Assembly: GCA_965217185.1 (NCBI GenBank)
Contig: OZ244252.1
Coordinates: forward strand, 1,504,001 to 1,568,000
DNA length: 64,000 bases
Reading direction: 5' to 3'
DNA from: an uncultured Candidatus Entotheonella sp.
GTDB taxonomy: Bacteria > Tectomicrobia > Entotheonellia > Entotheonellales > Entotheonellaceae
How positions within the stretch are numbered: position 1 is the first letter of the stretch; the number at the start of each line of letters is the position of its first letter. This document shows, one piece after another, positions 39,688 through 49,700 of the stretch. The notes beneath the pieces are model-generated. The model was not told the origin of the DNA. It ran no database searches and worked only from the letters and a program-made list of their open reading frames with translations. The position numbers and the translations under genes are program-made.

Positions 39688-39706
39688 AATAATGATAGTC
39701 ACTCTC
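39688..39706. promoter_or_regulatory. Fur box
   Basis: AATAATGATAGTCACTCTC matches GATAATGATAATCATTATC at 15/19 positions, ~50 bp upstream of the imelysin start. Confidence 0.75.
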
Positions 39707-39841
39707 AATTTCAAGTCAACAGCGAACGCCGCTGCCGCTGCGCCCTCCCCTTTCGGACCCGGATCAAGACGCCGTCGCGGTATGCGGTATACTGTGCCCC
39801 TTCAATCCTTTCGTTCCTCACTTTCTTAGGAGACCTGATCC

Positions 39842-40573
39842 ATGGCGAAAATGACCACGCAGAAGATGCTGACCGAGCTGAGCAAGATTGATACGCCCTC
39901 CATCACCAACGTGGTGGCGACCTATCCCAAGAACGACCTCTGCCTCGGCCTCTACAACCCGTGGACCGAGAACTGGTACACCGACGACACCATCCGCTGC
40001 ATGTACCCCGAGCTGGGCGCCAAGGTGGGCTACGCCGTCACCTGCATTTACGGCATGCCCGATCCCAATTTCTCTCGCCTGTCCTTCCTCGACGTCATCG
40101 ACGCCATGGACGCCTCCCCGAAGCCGACCATTCTCGTTCTGCAACAGAAGTATCCGCCCGAGATCGCCGGCAAGGTGGGCTTGGCGGGGGAAATCATGGT
40201 TACGGCGATGCAGGCGGTCGGCTGCCTGGGCATGCTGTCCAACGGCCCGTCGCGCGACATCGACGCCATCCGCGCCATGAAATTCCAGTACCTGCTCAGC
40301 GGCGCCTCCGCGGGCCACGGCGACATGGCGGTGCACGCGGTCAACGTGCCGGTGAACATCGGCGGCATGGACGTGTCGCCGGGCGAAATGGTGCACATGG
40401 ACGAAAACGGCGCCTGCAAGTTCCCCGCCGACAAAATCGAGGCGGTGCACAAGAACGTCAAGGCGTTGCTCAAGGACGAGGACGTACGCATCACGGCGTT
40501 GCGCAAGGCCAAAAACGCGGCGCAGGTCAAGGCCGCCTTTGCCGGGCATTCGTACAGCGAGGAAGACGAGTAG
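39842..40573 (+). CDS. RraA/HMG aldolase-like protein
   Basis: VGYAVT, GEIM, NGPSRD and PGEMVHMDENG motifs. Confidence 0.85.
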   Translation: MAKMTTQKMLTELSKIDTPSITNVVATYPKNDLCLGLYNPWTENWYTDDTIRCMYPELGAKVGYAVTCIYGMPDPNFSRLSFLDVIDAMDASPKPTILVLQQKYPPEIAGKVGLAGEIMVTAMQAVGCLGMLSNGPSRDIDAIRAMKFQYLLSGASAGHGDMAVHAVNVPVNIGGMDVSPGEMVHMDENGACKFPADKIEAVHKNVKALLKDEDVRITALRKAKNAAQVKAAFAGHSYSEEDE

Positions 40574-40600
40574 GACGGCGCACCGCAAAGGATTCACAAC

Positions 40601-41674
40601 ATGACCGAGCAACACGGCCTGCGCATCGGCGTGCTGGGCACCGGCTGGGGTACGCGCATCTCGGTGCCGGCCCTGCGCGCCGAGGGCTGGCACGTCGCGG
40701 CGCTGTGGAGCCGCAACGCCGAGCGTGCCGAAAAGCAGGCCGCCGAACTGGAAATCCCGTTCGCCACCAACGACGCCTCGGCACTGATCAACCGCCCTGA
40801 CATCGACGCCGTGACGATCGTCACGCCGACGCCAACGCACCGCGACATCTGTCTGGAAGCCCTGGCGGCCGGCAAGCACGTGCTGAGCGAAAAGCCCATG
40901 GCAATGCACGCCGGGGAAGCCAAGGGGATGGTAGCGGCGGCCGAATCCGCCGGCGTCACGGCGATGATCAATTTCGAGTTTCGCTTTACGCCACAACGCC
41001 TGCACGTGCAGCGGCTGCTGGCGGAGGGTTACCTGGGCGGCCTGCGCCACGGCATGGTGGAGCTGTACTGGGCGCCGCCGCTGTCGGAACGGGAGTTGAA
41101 CTGGCGCAGTCAGGCGTCCATGGGCGGCGGTGTGCTGAACGAGCACGGCTCCCATTACATCGACGCCCTGCACCAGTGGTTGGGGGACATCCGCAGCGTC
41201 AGCGCGCGTGTGGAGACGTTCGTGCCGCAGCGCCGCGGCCCCGGCGGGGAAGCTGCTGCGCAGGCTGACGCGGACGATTTCTTCACCGCCACGTTCGGCA
41301 TGGCGCAGGGCGGCGTGGTGGTGTTGACGCAGTCGTGGGCGGCGGCTTTCGGGATAGGCATGCGCGCCACCCTGGCGGGCTCCGACGGCATGCTGGTGAC
41401 GGCGTGCCGGGAAACGATGATGTTCGACGGCGAGGTGTGCGGCGCCCCCGCCGGCAGCGGCGATCTGAAACCCCTGCCGCTGCCGGCGGATATCCTGCCG
41501 TTCGACGAGTCGGACTGGCGCGTCGGTTCTTCGCGGCGTCTCCTGCGCGAGTTTCTGCGCGGCATCCGCGAAGGCTGCTCGCCGGCCCCGAACTTCGCGG
41601 ACGGCCTGCGCTGCCAACGGGTGATCGACGCCATTCGCGAGTCGTCCCGCGGCGGGCGGACGGTGATGCTGTAA
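40601..41674 (+). CDS. Gfo/Idh/MocA family oxidoreductase
   Basis: GTGWG, AGKHVLSEKP and GGG.L.EHGSHYID motifs. Confidence 0.9.
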   Translation: MTEQHGLRIGVLGTGWGTRISVPALRAEGWHVAALWSRNAERAEKQAAELEIPFATNDASALINRPDIDAVTIVTPTPTHRDICLEALAAGKHVLSEKPMAMHAGEAKGMVAAAESAGVTAMINFEFRFTPQRLHVQRLLAEGYLGGLRHGMVELYWAPPLSERELNWRSQASMGGGVLNEHGSHYIDALHQWLGDIRSVSARVETFVPQRRGPGGEAAAQADADDFFTATFGMAQGGVVVLTQSWAAAFGIGMRATLAGSDGMLVTACRETMMFDGEVCGAPAGSGDLKPLPLPADILPFDESDWRVGSSRRLLREFLRGIREGCSPAPNFADGLRCQRVIDAIRESSRGGRTVML

Positions 41675-41715
41675 GCCCGGCCCTCTCAAATGGTCATCCA
41701 CCCAACGGGGTATAG

Positions 41716-42096
41716 GCCGTACCTGCAGAACTGACAGAACTCATCGCCCGCGCTCCCTGGCGAGAAGCGGTCACGTACCGCGATACTTGGCCGCACGAAT
41801 ACGTCCTCACCGAAAAAGACGACCAGCGGGAATTGCTGGCAGCCGTCTGCGCCCGGTTTCGCGCCGGTGAGGGCGTCGCCTGCCGCTTCTTCCACATGAG
41901 CAACACCTACCTGTTCATCGGCGATTACAAGTACTGGCTGATGACCGACTACAACAGCATCGATCCCTACAAGGACGAGGTCGACTACGTGCTGAACCGC
42001 GCCCGCCTCTACCGGGACCGCCGGGATTTCATCATCCAACCGGGCGATAGCGGCAAGCCCGAGGACTACCCTACAAACCCACCCTGCCAAACCTGA
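41716..42096 (+). pseudogene. conserved-looking hypothetical protein lacking a canonical start for its N-terminal part
   Basis: Frame is open from 41716 (after TAG): WREAVTYRDTWPHEY...YLFIGDYKYWLM...VLNRA. The first TTG is only at 41833. Confidence 0.5.
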
Positions 42097-42118
42097 AACA
42101 GCGGAAGGAGGGGGCTCA

Positions 42119-43177
42119 ATGGCCGAAGATGTCACACTGCTGGCTTACTTGGTGCCGAAGCTGACCAGTCGGGGGGAGGATACGGCAACAGATGCCCTCG
42201 CGTTCATTCTGAACAAATCGGCAGCTTGTCGCGGTGCATTGGACCGCCTCCTGCGGGATGGTGACTTCAACCCGGAACCCATCGCCAGAGTCGAAACCCA
42301 GGTGACATACCAGGATGGGTCCCGTCCTGACATGGTGGGTTACGACCGAAGCGGCATTAAACGGCTGCTTGCAGAGGCAAAATTCTGGGCCAGTCTTGGG
42401 CAACGGCAAGCCAGCGGCTATTTCGGACAACTGGAGACGACCGGGCCGGGAGTGCTGTTGTTTATTGCCCCTGACAGCAGGATCGATACCCTGTGGGCTG
42501 AGATCATACGTCAAATGGAGAGTGGCGAGGAAAGCGTACAACTGGAGCTTGTCGAAACGACTGACCGGATCCGGAGAGCCAGGACAGTTGGTTCGGACAA
42601 GCGTGTGATGCTGGTTAGCTGGGATCAGTTATTGGGCAGCATGGCTGTTGCCGTTGCCGACGATACCCGGGTTGCGTCGGACGTTCAGCAACTTCGCGGT
42701 CTTGCCAGATACCAGGATGAGGAAGCTTTCCAGCCAATACACCCGGAGGAATTCGGGCCTGCACTGCCGCGCAGAATCCAAGGTCTGAATCGCCTGATTG
42801 ACGACGTGCGTAGCCGGGGGGTTGGGGACGGTTGGATGAATACCGAGGGTCTTGCAGCGGCTCCGCAGCAGCAAGGTTACGGGCGGTACTTCAGATTTAG
42901 GCAGGTTTCTTCCGGGCAAATTATTCCCGGCGACTTATTCTTGTGTGTTCACTACAGGCGATGGGCAGAAAACGGAGACACCCCTCTGTGGCTTTGGATC
43001 AGCAGAGGATTTCCGTTAAATGCTGGAAGAATTCGCGACAGGACGCCTTCGCTAGTTGAAAACGAAGGATCGGGCGCTTACAACGTGCCGATTTATTTGA
43101 AAACCGGCGTCGAATACGAAGGGGTACTGGAGGATGTCGTCCGCCAATTGAAAGCCATCGCAGACATGATCGATTAG
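42119..43177 (+). CDS. hypothetical protein with an N-terminal PD-(D/E)XK nuclease-like motif
   Basis: ED.AT.ALAFIL, SRPDMVG and LLAEAKFWA motifs. Confidence 0.65.
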   Translation: MAEDVTLLAYLVPKLTSRGEDTATDALAFILNKSAACRGALDRLLRDGDFNPEPIARVETQVTYQDGSRPDMVGYDRSGIKRLLAEAKFWASLGQRQASGYFGQLETTGPGVLLFIAPDSRIDTLWAEIIRQMESGEESVQLELVETTDRIRRARTVGSDKRVMLVSWDQLLGSMAVAVADDTRVASDVQQLRGLARYQDEEAFQPIHPEEFGPALPRRIQGLNRLIDDVRSRGVGDGWMNTEGLAAAPQQQGYGRYFRFRQVSSGQIIPGDLFLCVHYRRWAENGDTPLWLWISRGFPLNAGRIRDRTPSLVENEGSGAYNVPIYLKTGVEYEGVLEDVVRQLKAIADMID

Positions 43178-43311
43178 CCCTGATCTGTCCTCTTTAGCAT
43201 CCTGCAAAACGTTCTACCTGCGAGGAGGCCGTCCATTGAAGTTCCAAATCCTCCCCCGCATATGCTCGACCAAAATGTAGCAACTGCGCTCGCACCGTAC
43301 CCCGCATTTCC

Positions 43312-43998
43312 TCACCCACCGCGCCGCCGCAACTCCCGAATCTCCGCTTCCAGGGCCTGCCGCGCCGCTTGTTCCTCCCGCAGGCGGGCTTCGGCTTCCC
43401 GGAGGCTCCGCAGGGGCTCCCCGCGTACCGGGTCAAAAAAACGCAGCGCCTCCCGCACCGGCGCCCCCGGCGTCAGTCGCAGGTCCAGACCCAATACCTC
43501 GCTGCGCGCTGTCAGCGTGCCGCCTTCCATGCCTGCAACGGGAATCGGCGCATAGCGGCCCTCGACAAGCCGGGAACCCGACAATTGCGGATTGAGGCAG
43601 CCGCCCGCCGGGTCGCACTGCCAGTACTCCAAAACCCCCATGCCCGCATAGATGTCGCGTTTCTCGCCCCGGTCGATCCGGTACGTGCTCTCGGAGGCGA
43701 TCTCCAGAACGAAGTCCGGCCCTTTCGGCTCCTCCCACAGCCGGTAGGACGAACGAATGTGCTTCGGCGCCCCCAGCACCACCATGAGGTCCGGCGACAC
43801 CGATTTGCCGGGGTCGCCTTCCTGGTAATACAGCAGCAGGTTGCCGACGACGTACACGTCATCGCGTGCCTGGAAGTACCAATCCAGGGCGGCGCCGACG
43901 TAGAGGATCGGCCAGAACTGCGATTCGCTTTCAGCCATAGGCAGCCCATCCGAGTCCGGGTAATCGATGGCTTCGGTAACGACGGTGCCACGCGCCAT
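43312..43998 (-). CDS. Uma2 family endonuclease (DUF820)
   Basis: YPDSDG.PMAES, SPDLMVV, PDFVLEIASEST...D...K and a coiled-coil tail. Confidence 0.9.
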   Translation of the reverse strand: MARGTVVTEAIDYPDSDGLPMAESESQFWPILYVGAALDWYFQARDDVYVVGNLLLYYQEGDPGKSVSPDLMVVLGAPKHIRSSYRLWEEPKGPDFVLEIASESTYRIDRGEKRDIYAGMGVLEYWQCDPAGGCLNPQLSGSRLVEGRYAPIPVAGMEGGTLTARSEVLGLDLRLTPGAPVREALRFFDPVRGEPLRSLREAEARLREEQAARQALEAEIRELRRRGG

Positions 43999-44110
43999 GA
44001 GATCGTCCTTTCCTATTGGCGTTCACCCTCCTCGTGTCGCCGAGGTCGTTCAAGCCGGGATTCTCCTTGCATTGAAAACCACATGTCGGGAACCCCTCAC
44101 GCATTCAGCA

Positions 44111-44503
44111 TTAGCCTTCGCCGCGCACGTCCTTGAACACCTTGCTCGCCGTCAGCAGCGATTCGCGGACCAGCGGCAGGCCGACGTAACCGGACATGTG
44201 GATCAGCACCTCCACCAGTTCGTCCTCGCTCCAGCCCTGCCGCAGCGCCATGCGCAGGTGCAGCGCCAATTCCGGGTCGCGTCCGGTGGCGACGTCGGAC
44301 ACCACGCATACCAGGGCGCGCGTCTTCAGGTCCAGCCCGGGGCGGGTCCACAGGGCGCCGAAAACGGTCTCGGCGGCGAGGTCGCGGAATTTCTGCATGA
44401 TCGGGTCGCTGTAAGTGGTGCTGTTCATGCTGGCGGCAAACGCCTCGCCCATCAACTCGCTGCGCAGCGCAATACCCTTCCGGTACAGGTCACTCTCGGC
44501 CAT
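44111..44503 (-). CDS. carboxymuconolactone decarboxylase family protein
   Basis: FGALWTRPGLDLKTR, ELALH and YVGLP motifs. Confidence 0.9.
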   Translation of the reverse strand: MAESDLYRKGIALRSELMGEAFAASMNSTTYSDPIMQKFRDLAAETVFGALWTRPGLDLKTRALVCVVSDVATGRDPELALHLRMALRQGWSEDELVEVLIHMSGYVGLPLVRESLLTASKVFKDVRGEG

Positions 44504-44745
44504 GGTGCCTCTCCTTTGTCAAACCGACTGTTCAGGGTCGTGCGGCCATTCCCTCCCCTGCTTCGGCGAGGGCGCCGCAAGTGGCGCGTAGGATAGCACA
44601 GCGGCCCCCGGCGGTTGACCCACCGCCGCTTCTCCTCTATCTTGACGGCGTTTCGCCCCCCGACACCCTGCACGGCCTCCGGGACCCGCCGCTTCGCCCG
44701 CGCTGGCACCGTGACGACCCAACCACCGCAAGGAGAAGGCAAGGC

Positions 44746-45612
44746 ATGAAATACGGCGTGGTATTTCCGCAAACGGAGTACGGCAACGACCCGCAAGCCA
44801 TCAAGGATTACGCCCAGACCGCCGAGGGGCTGGGTTATGACTATCTACTCGTCTACGACCACGTGCTCGGCGCCCACCCGGAGCGCCAGCCCCGGCTCAC
44901 GGGTCCTTACACCGACGCCCATCCCTTCCACGAGCCCATGGTGCTGTTCGGCTTTCTCGCCGCGGTGACCGCGAAGCTGGAGCTCGTCACCGGCATTCTT
45001 ATCCTGCCGCAGCGCCAGACCGCGCTGGTAGCCAAGCAGACGGCGGCAGTCGACGTGCTGAGCGGCGGACGGCTGCGGCTTGGCATCGGCATCGGCTGGA
45101 ATTACGTCGAATACGACGCGCTCGGCAAGAACTTCCGCACCCGCGGCAGGCAGGTGGAAGAGCAGATCGACGTGCTGCGCAAGCTGTGGACACAGCCCCT
45201 GGTGACGCACCAGACGGACGACCACAACATCGCCAACGCCGGCATCCTCCCCCTGCCCGTCCAACGGCCCATCCCCATCTGGTTCGGCGGCGTTGCCGAG
45301 CCGGTTCTGAAACGCGCCGCCCGCCTCGGCGACGGCTGGATGCCCGCCGGGCGCCTGCCGGATGACGAAATGCGCGGACACGTTGAGCGCCTGAACGGTT
45401 ACCTGAGTGACGCCGGGCGCGACCCGCAGGGCTTCGGCATCGATCCCTGGATCAGCATCCTGGACCTCAGCCAGGAAGTGTGGCGCCAGCGCGTTGAGGC
45501 ATGGCGGGGACTCGGCGCCACCCACGTGGCCATCGACACCATGCGCGCCGGCTTCAAAACGCCGCAGGAACACATGGACGCTATTCGCGCCTTCCGCGAC
45601 GTGCTCGACTAG
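44746..45612 (+). CDS. LLM class, probably F420-dependent, oxidoreductase
   Basis: YDHVLG, ILPQRQT.LVAKQ and GRLRLGIG.GWN..E motifs. Confidence 0.9.
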   Translation: MKYGVVFPQTEYGNDPQAIKDYAQTAEGLGYDYLLVYDHVLGAHPERQPRLTGPYTDAHPFHEPMVLFGFLAAVTAKLELVTGILILPQRQTALVAKQTAAVDVLSGGRLRLGIGIGWNYVEYDALGKNFRTRGRQVEEQIDVLRKLWTQPLVTHQTDDHNIANAGILPLPVQRPIPIWFGGVAEPVLKRAARLGDGWMPAGRLPDDEMRGHVERLNGYLSDAGRDPQGFGIDPWISILDLSQEVWRQRVEAWRGLGATHVAIDTMRAGFKTPQEHMDAIRAFRDVLD

Positions 45613-45661
45613 CCGCCACGCCGCGGGCGGGCGGCGCCACCGTTTACAGGGAGCTTTCGCC

Positions 45662-46165
45662 ATGACGCGCAGAAACATCATCGCCGTCGTTCTCGTCGTG
45701 ATCTCGCTCGTGGTCGTCGTGCCGGGCCTCATCCAGCCGATCATCACCCTCAGCGCCGACATGATGGGCCGCCAGGTGTTCACGCAAACCCGCAGCATCC
45801 TGCAGACCGTTAAGGACCTGCACGAATCCGGCAACGATCTGGTCGCCGGGATGATTCTCTTTTTCAGCGTGCTGGTGCCCTTTATCAAAGCGGTGCTGCT
45901 GGGGGTGATGGGGCTGCTCAAGCCGACCGTGGCGCTGCGCTACCGCATCTTTGCCTTCGTGCGCGGCATCAGCAAGTGGGCCATGGCCGACGTGTTCGTG
46001 GTCGGCGTCTACATCGCCTATCTGTCGGCCAAGGCCACCGACGCGCTCGACGCCGAGTTGCACGAGGGTTTTTACTACTTCACCGCCTACTGCCTGATCT
46101 CGCTGATTTCCGTGCAAGTCATGCACGTCGAGCCATCACAGGGGCCGCAGACCGGCGACGCCTGA
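45662..46165 (+). CDS. paraquat-inducible protein A (PqiA) family protein
   Basis: SIL..V..L, FSVLVP..K and ISKWAMADVF motifs. Confidence 0.8.
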   Translation: MTRRNIIAVVLVVISLVVVVPGLIQPIITLSADMMGRQVFTQTRSILQTVKDLHESGNDLVAGMILFFSVLVPFIKAVLLGVMGLLKPTVALRYRIFAFVRGISKWAMADVFVVGVYIAYLSAKATDALDAELHEGFYYFTAYCLISLISVQVMHVEPSQGPQTGDA

Positions 46166-46197
46166 CCTTTTCCTGATTGAATTGAGAGGAGAATTTC

Positions 46198-46728
46198 GTG
46201 TCTTCAGCAGACGGAATACTGGCCGCCCTGGAGTGGAACTGGCGCATGGTGGATGCCACCCTGGCGGATCTCGATGACGCGGCGCTGGCGCGCCAGCCGC
46301 AGCCGCAATGCAACTCCATCGCCTGGACCCTGTGGCACATGAACCGGGTGGTCGATTCGTTCGTCCATGAGCGGGTTGGCTCCGAGACGCCGCTGTGGCT
46401 GCGCGACGGCTGGTGCGAGAAGTACGGCATGAGCGCCGAGCCGGAGGAACGCGGCGCCGGCTGGAGCGCCGACAAGGTTGCCGCCTGGGTGCCGCCGGGC
46501 AGAGACGTCCAGGTGGGATATTACGAGGCGGCGAAGGAAGCGGCGCATGCCCGCATTTCCGGGCTCAGCGAGGCCGAGCTGGCAGTCCGCCGCGTCATCC
46601 CGCCGATGCCCGAACCGCGCAGCGTCGCCCAGGCCCTGGGCCAGATGACGTGGGACAACATTTCCCACGGCGGGCAGATTTCGTACATCCGCGGCTTGTT
46701 TGACGGCATGGGCTGGTATCCGCGGTAA
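46198..46728 (+). CDS. DinB family protein
   Basis: NSIAW.LWH and HGGQISYIRG motifs. Confidence 0.85.
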   Translation: MSSADGILAALEWNWRMVDATLADLDDAALARQPQPQCNSIAWTLWHMNRVVDSFVHERVGSETPLWLRDGWCEKYGMSAEPEERGAGWSADKVAAWVPPGRDVQVGYYEAAKEAAHARISGLSEAELAVRRVIPPMPEPRSVAQALGQMTWDNISHGGQISYIRGLFDGMGWYPR

Positions 46729-46787
46729 GGCCGAACGACCGTAACGTGCGCCGGGTGCCGGCGCCGCACGAAGAAAGGACATCCGCG

Positions 46788-48386
46788 TTGAAACAAATTC
46801 GCAGCCAATGGCACGTTGTTCTCACCGTTACCCTGCTCGTCTGCTTCTGGCTTTCTGGAGCCGCGGCTGATAGGCCCAAACCGGGCGGCACGCTTAAATT
46901 CATCCCGCACGCCGACCTGAAGATCATCGACCCTATCTGGACCACCGCCTACATCTCCCGGAACCACGGCTACATGATCTACGACGTGCTGTTCGCCCTG
47001 GACGAGAACCTGAACATCCGCCCGCAGATGGTGGACACCTGGCAGGTGAGCGACGACGCTCTGCAGTACACCTTCACGCTGCGTGACGGCCTCCTGTGGC
47101 ACGACGGCCAGCCGGTCACGTCCGAAGACGTCGTCGCCTCGCTGCAACGCTGGGGCCGGAAAGATGGGCAGGGGCAACTGCTTATGGCGTTTACCGACAG
47201 CCTCGAAGCGCTCGATGCCAAGACCTTCCGCCTGACGCTGAAGGAGCCCTTCGGCCTGGTCCTTGAAGCCCTCGCGAAGCCGAGCAGCAACGTACCGTTC
47301 ATCATGCCGGCGCGGGTTGCCGCCACGCCGCCGGACGAGCAGATTAAGGACACTACCGGCTCCGGCCCGTTCATCTTTGTGAAGGACGAATGGCGCCCTG
47401 GACACAAAGTGGTGTACCACCGCAACGATGCCTACGTACCCCGCGAGGAGGCGCCGAGCTTTGCAGCCGGCGGCAAGCGAGTGTACGTCGAACGCGTCGA
47501 GTGGCTGTATCTCCCCGACCCTGCCACCGCCAGCGCCGCCCTGCAACAGGGCGAGGTGGATTACTGGGAGTTCGCGCCGCCCGACTTTGTGCCCTTGTTG
47601 GAAGGGACGCCCGGTATCCGCGTAGAAGTGGCCGATTTGTTCGGCGCCCAAGCTTGGCTGCGACCGAATCATCTGCATCCGCCGTTCGACAACAAGAAGG
47701 CGCGCCAGGCGCTAATGTGGATGGTCGATCAGGAGGCCTACATGCGTGCCGCTTACGGCGTCGAGCGTTTCTGGAAGACCTGCCCGGCATTTTTCATGTG
47801 CGACGGGCCGTACGGCTCCGACGCCGGTTCGAATCCGCTGATGCAACAGGACTTCGACAAGGCCAAGCAGTTGTTGCAGGAGGCGGGATACGACGGCCGC
47901 CCGGTGGTGTTGATGGACGCCACCGACATCGCGACGAACCACTACGCTGCGCTGGTGACCGCACATTTGCTGAAGAAGATCGGCCTCAACGTGGAATTGC
48001 AAGCCATGGATTGGAGCACCGTGGTGGCGCGGCGGGCCGACAAGAAGCCGGTGCAGGAAGGCGGCTGGAACCTCTTTCACACCGGCTGGATTTTCGGCGA
48101 CCTGTTCACGCCAGCGGTTAACCAGGGCGTGCGCGGCGGTTGCGACGATGCCTGGTTCGGCTGGTATTGCAGCCCCAGCATGGAGGAGTTGCGCGCCGCT
48201 TGGGCAACAACCACGGACGAGGCCGAGCGGCAGTCCCTGAGTGTCGACATCCAACGGCTCGCCATGGATGAAGTTCCCTATGTGCCCCTCGGCGAAAACG
48301 TCACCTATCGGGCGTACCGCGAGCACGTCAAGGGCGTGCTGAAATTCCCCGCGCCGATTCTGTGGAACGTCTGGATGGATAGGTGA
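46788..48386 (+). CDS. peptide/nickel (family 5) ABC substrate-binding protein, stand-alone
   Basis: DPIWTTAY, FTLRDGL.WHDG and GSGPF motifs; TTG start after AAGGA. Confidence 0.9.
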   Translation: MKQIRSQWHVVLTVTLLVCFWLSGAAADRPKPGGTLKFIPHADLKIIDPIWTTAYISRNHGYMIYDVLFALDENLNIRPQMVDTWQVSDDALQYTFTLRDGLLWHDGQPVTSEDVVASLQRWGRKDGQGQLLMAFTDSLEALDAKTFRLTLKEPFGLVLEALAKPSSNVPFIMPARVAATPPDEQIKDTTGSGPFIFVKDEWRPGHKVVYHRNDAYVPREEAPSFAAGGKRVYVERVEWLYLPDPATASAALQQGEVDYWEFAPPDFVPLLEGTPGIRVEVADLFGAQAWLRPNHLHPPFDNKKARQALMWMVDQEAYMRAAYGVERFWKTCPAFFMCDGPYGSDAGSNPLMQQDFDKAKQLLQEAGYDGRPVVLMDATDIATNHYAALVTAHLLKKIGLNVELQAMDWSTVVARRADKKPVQEGGWNLFHTGWIFGDLFTPAVNQGVRGGCDDAWFGWYCSPSMEELRAAWATTTDEAERQSLSVDIQRLAMDEVPYVPLGENVTYRAYREHVKGVLKFPAPILWNVWMDR

Positions 48387-48388
48387 GG

Positions 48389-49513
48389 CTAATCGACGTA
48401 CAGCACGGCGCCGACGCCGGCATGGTCCGATGGCCAAAGGAGAGTGCCGTCATTCCTGGTTACGCGGTCGGAGGGCCGGTCGCCCACTATGAAGGCGTCG
48501 TCCGCATCGGTGTCAATGAAGGTGGCGCCAGAGTCTAATGCGTTCCGCACGAAGACGAAGTCGATGCGTTTGGACAAACTCCCCTCTCCTGTCAGATCAG
48601 GGTCCTGGCAGCACGTGAACCCGGTGCCGGGTGCGCCCTTCCACATGTCTACAAAGCCTGCCCCCGTCACTGTCAAGTACGTATCGTGATCGTCTATGCC
48701 CGCCTCGATATCGGGCGCCGAGTTGAAATCGCCCAACAGAATGGTGGGAGCATCGCCTGCCACAAGATAAGCCATCAGTTCCGCGGCTTGGGCATTTCTG
48801 ATCTGAGGCACGGCCGCCTCCAGGTGGGTGTTGACCACCCGGTAGGTACGGCCCGCTACGGATGCCTCTACCGTGACATAACCCCGCTTTACCTCAAGCG
48901 GCGCTATCGGCGGTTGCAAAAAAACGGAATAGTTCCAGGCATCGTGGTTCGACACGTCGACGTCGTCCCGAACCAGCAGCACGTCGAAAAGCGTCAACCG
49001 ACCATCCTTGAAAAAACTGCCCCCGTCGTCCATAGGCAATTCGACGTCTGCGTTTTGTATCTCGTAGTCAAATGAATAATTGAGGCCCTGGCTCGCCAGT
49101 TCCGCTTTCAACACCTCCCGAAAATCCAACACGATTGTGGTCGCGTTAGGAGGTCCTCCCGGAAAAAAGTCGGGTTCGCCCGTGCGAATCAAGGCCATCT
49201 CCTGCAGCCCGACGAAGTGGGGCTCATCGGTAGCGATGGCGTCGGCAATCGCCTCTGCACGCAGTGAAAATTTGGCCTTATTCACAACCTGATCGTATAT
49301 CGCATGGGCGGCTCGCGCGATTTGGTCAGGGGGCAAAACCCCCAATTGTCCGAAAACCGCCTCCAAATTGCCTCCCACGTAGACGTTGTACGTCATGACC
49401 GTCAAGGTGTCCTCTTCACCCAAGGTGTCCTCTTCACCATCTGATCCGCACCCGACCAGCAGCGAAACAAACAACAGACAAAGCAGCAAAAAGATTCGCA
49501 ACCTCAACCTCAT
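48389..49513 (-). CDS. endonuclease/exonuclease/phosphatase (EEP) family lipoprotein
   Basis: Lipobox LVGC; TYN, GLQE, NTHL, GDFNS, RID and SDH motifs. Confidence 0.88.
   Translation of the reverse strand: MRLRLRIFLLLCLLFVSLLVGCGSDGEEDTLGEEDTLTVMTYNVYVGGNLEAVFGQLGVLPPDQIARAAHAIYDQVVNKAKFSLRAEAIADAIATDEPHFVGLQEMALIRTGEPDFFPGGPPNATTIVLDFREVLKAELASQGLNYSFDYEIQNADVELPMDDGGSFFKDGRLTLFDVLLVRDDVDVSNHDAWNYSVFLQPPIAPLEVKRGYVTVEASVAGRTYRVVNTHLEAAVPQIRNAQAAELMAYLVAGDAPTILLGDFNSAPDIEAGIDDHDTYLTVTGAGFVDMWKGAPGTGFTCCQDPDLTGEGSLSKRIDFVFVRNALDSGATFIDTDADDAFIVGDRPSDRVTRNDGTLLWPSDHAGVGAVLYVD
49403..49438. repeat. perfect 18-bp tandem duplication (GEEDTL x2) in the lipoprotein linker
   Basis: CAAGGTGTCCTCTTCACC occurs twice in tandem. 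Confidence 0.9.
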
Positions 49514-49700
49514 CCTTTGACCTCCAATCATCCCATGACTTGTGTAACAGCCAGCAATACGCCTTGGATGCTAGCATGAGCCCTATAGGGACACAATTGA
49601 CACAGACCTTCCGCCTGATTGTTCGCACCCGCACAACAAATGCCGAGGATATAACAGGGAGCGGAGTCCGAGCGACCCGCTCTACCAACCCCAAGAGCTT

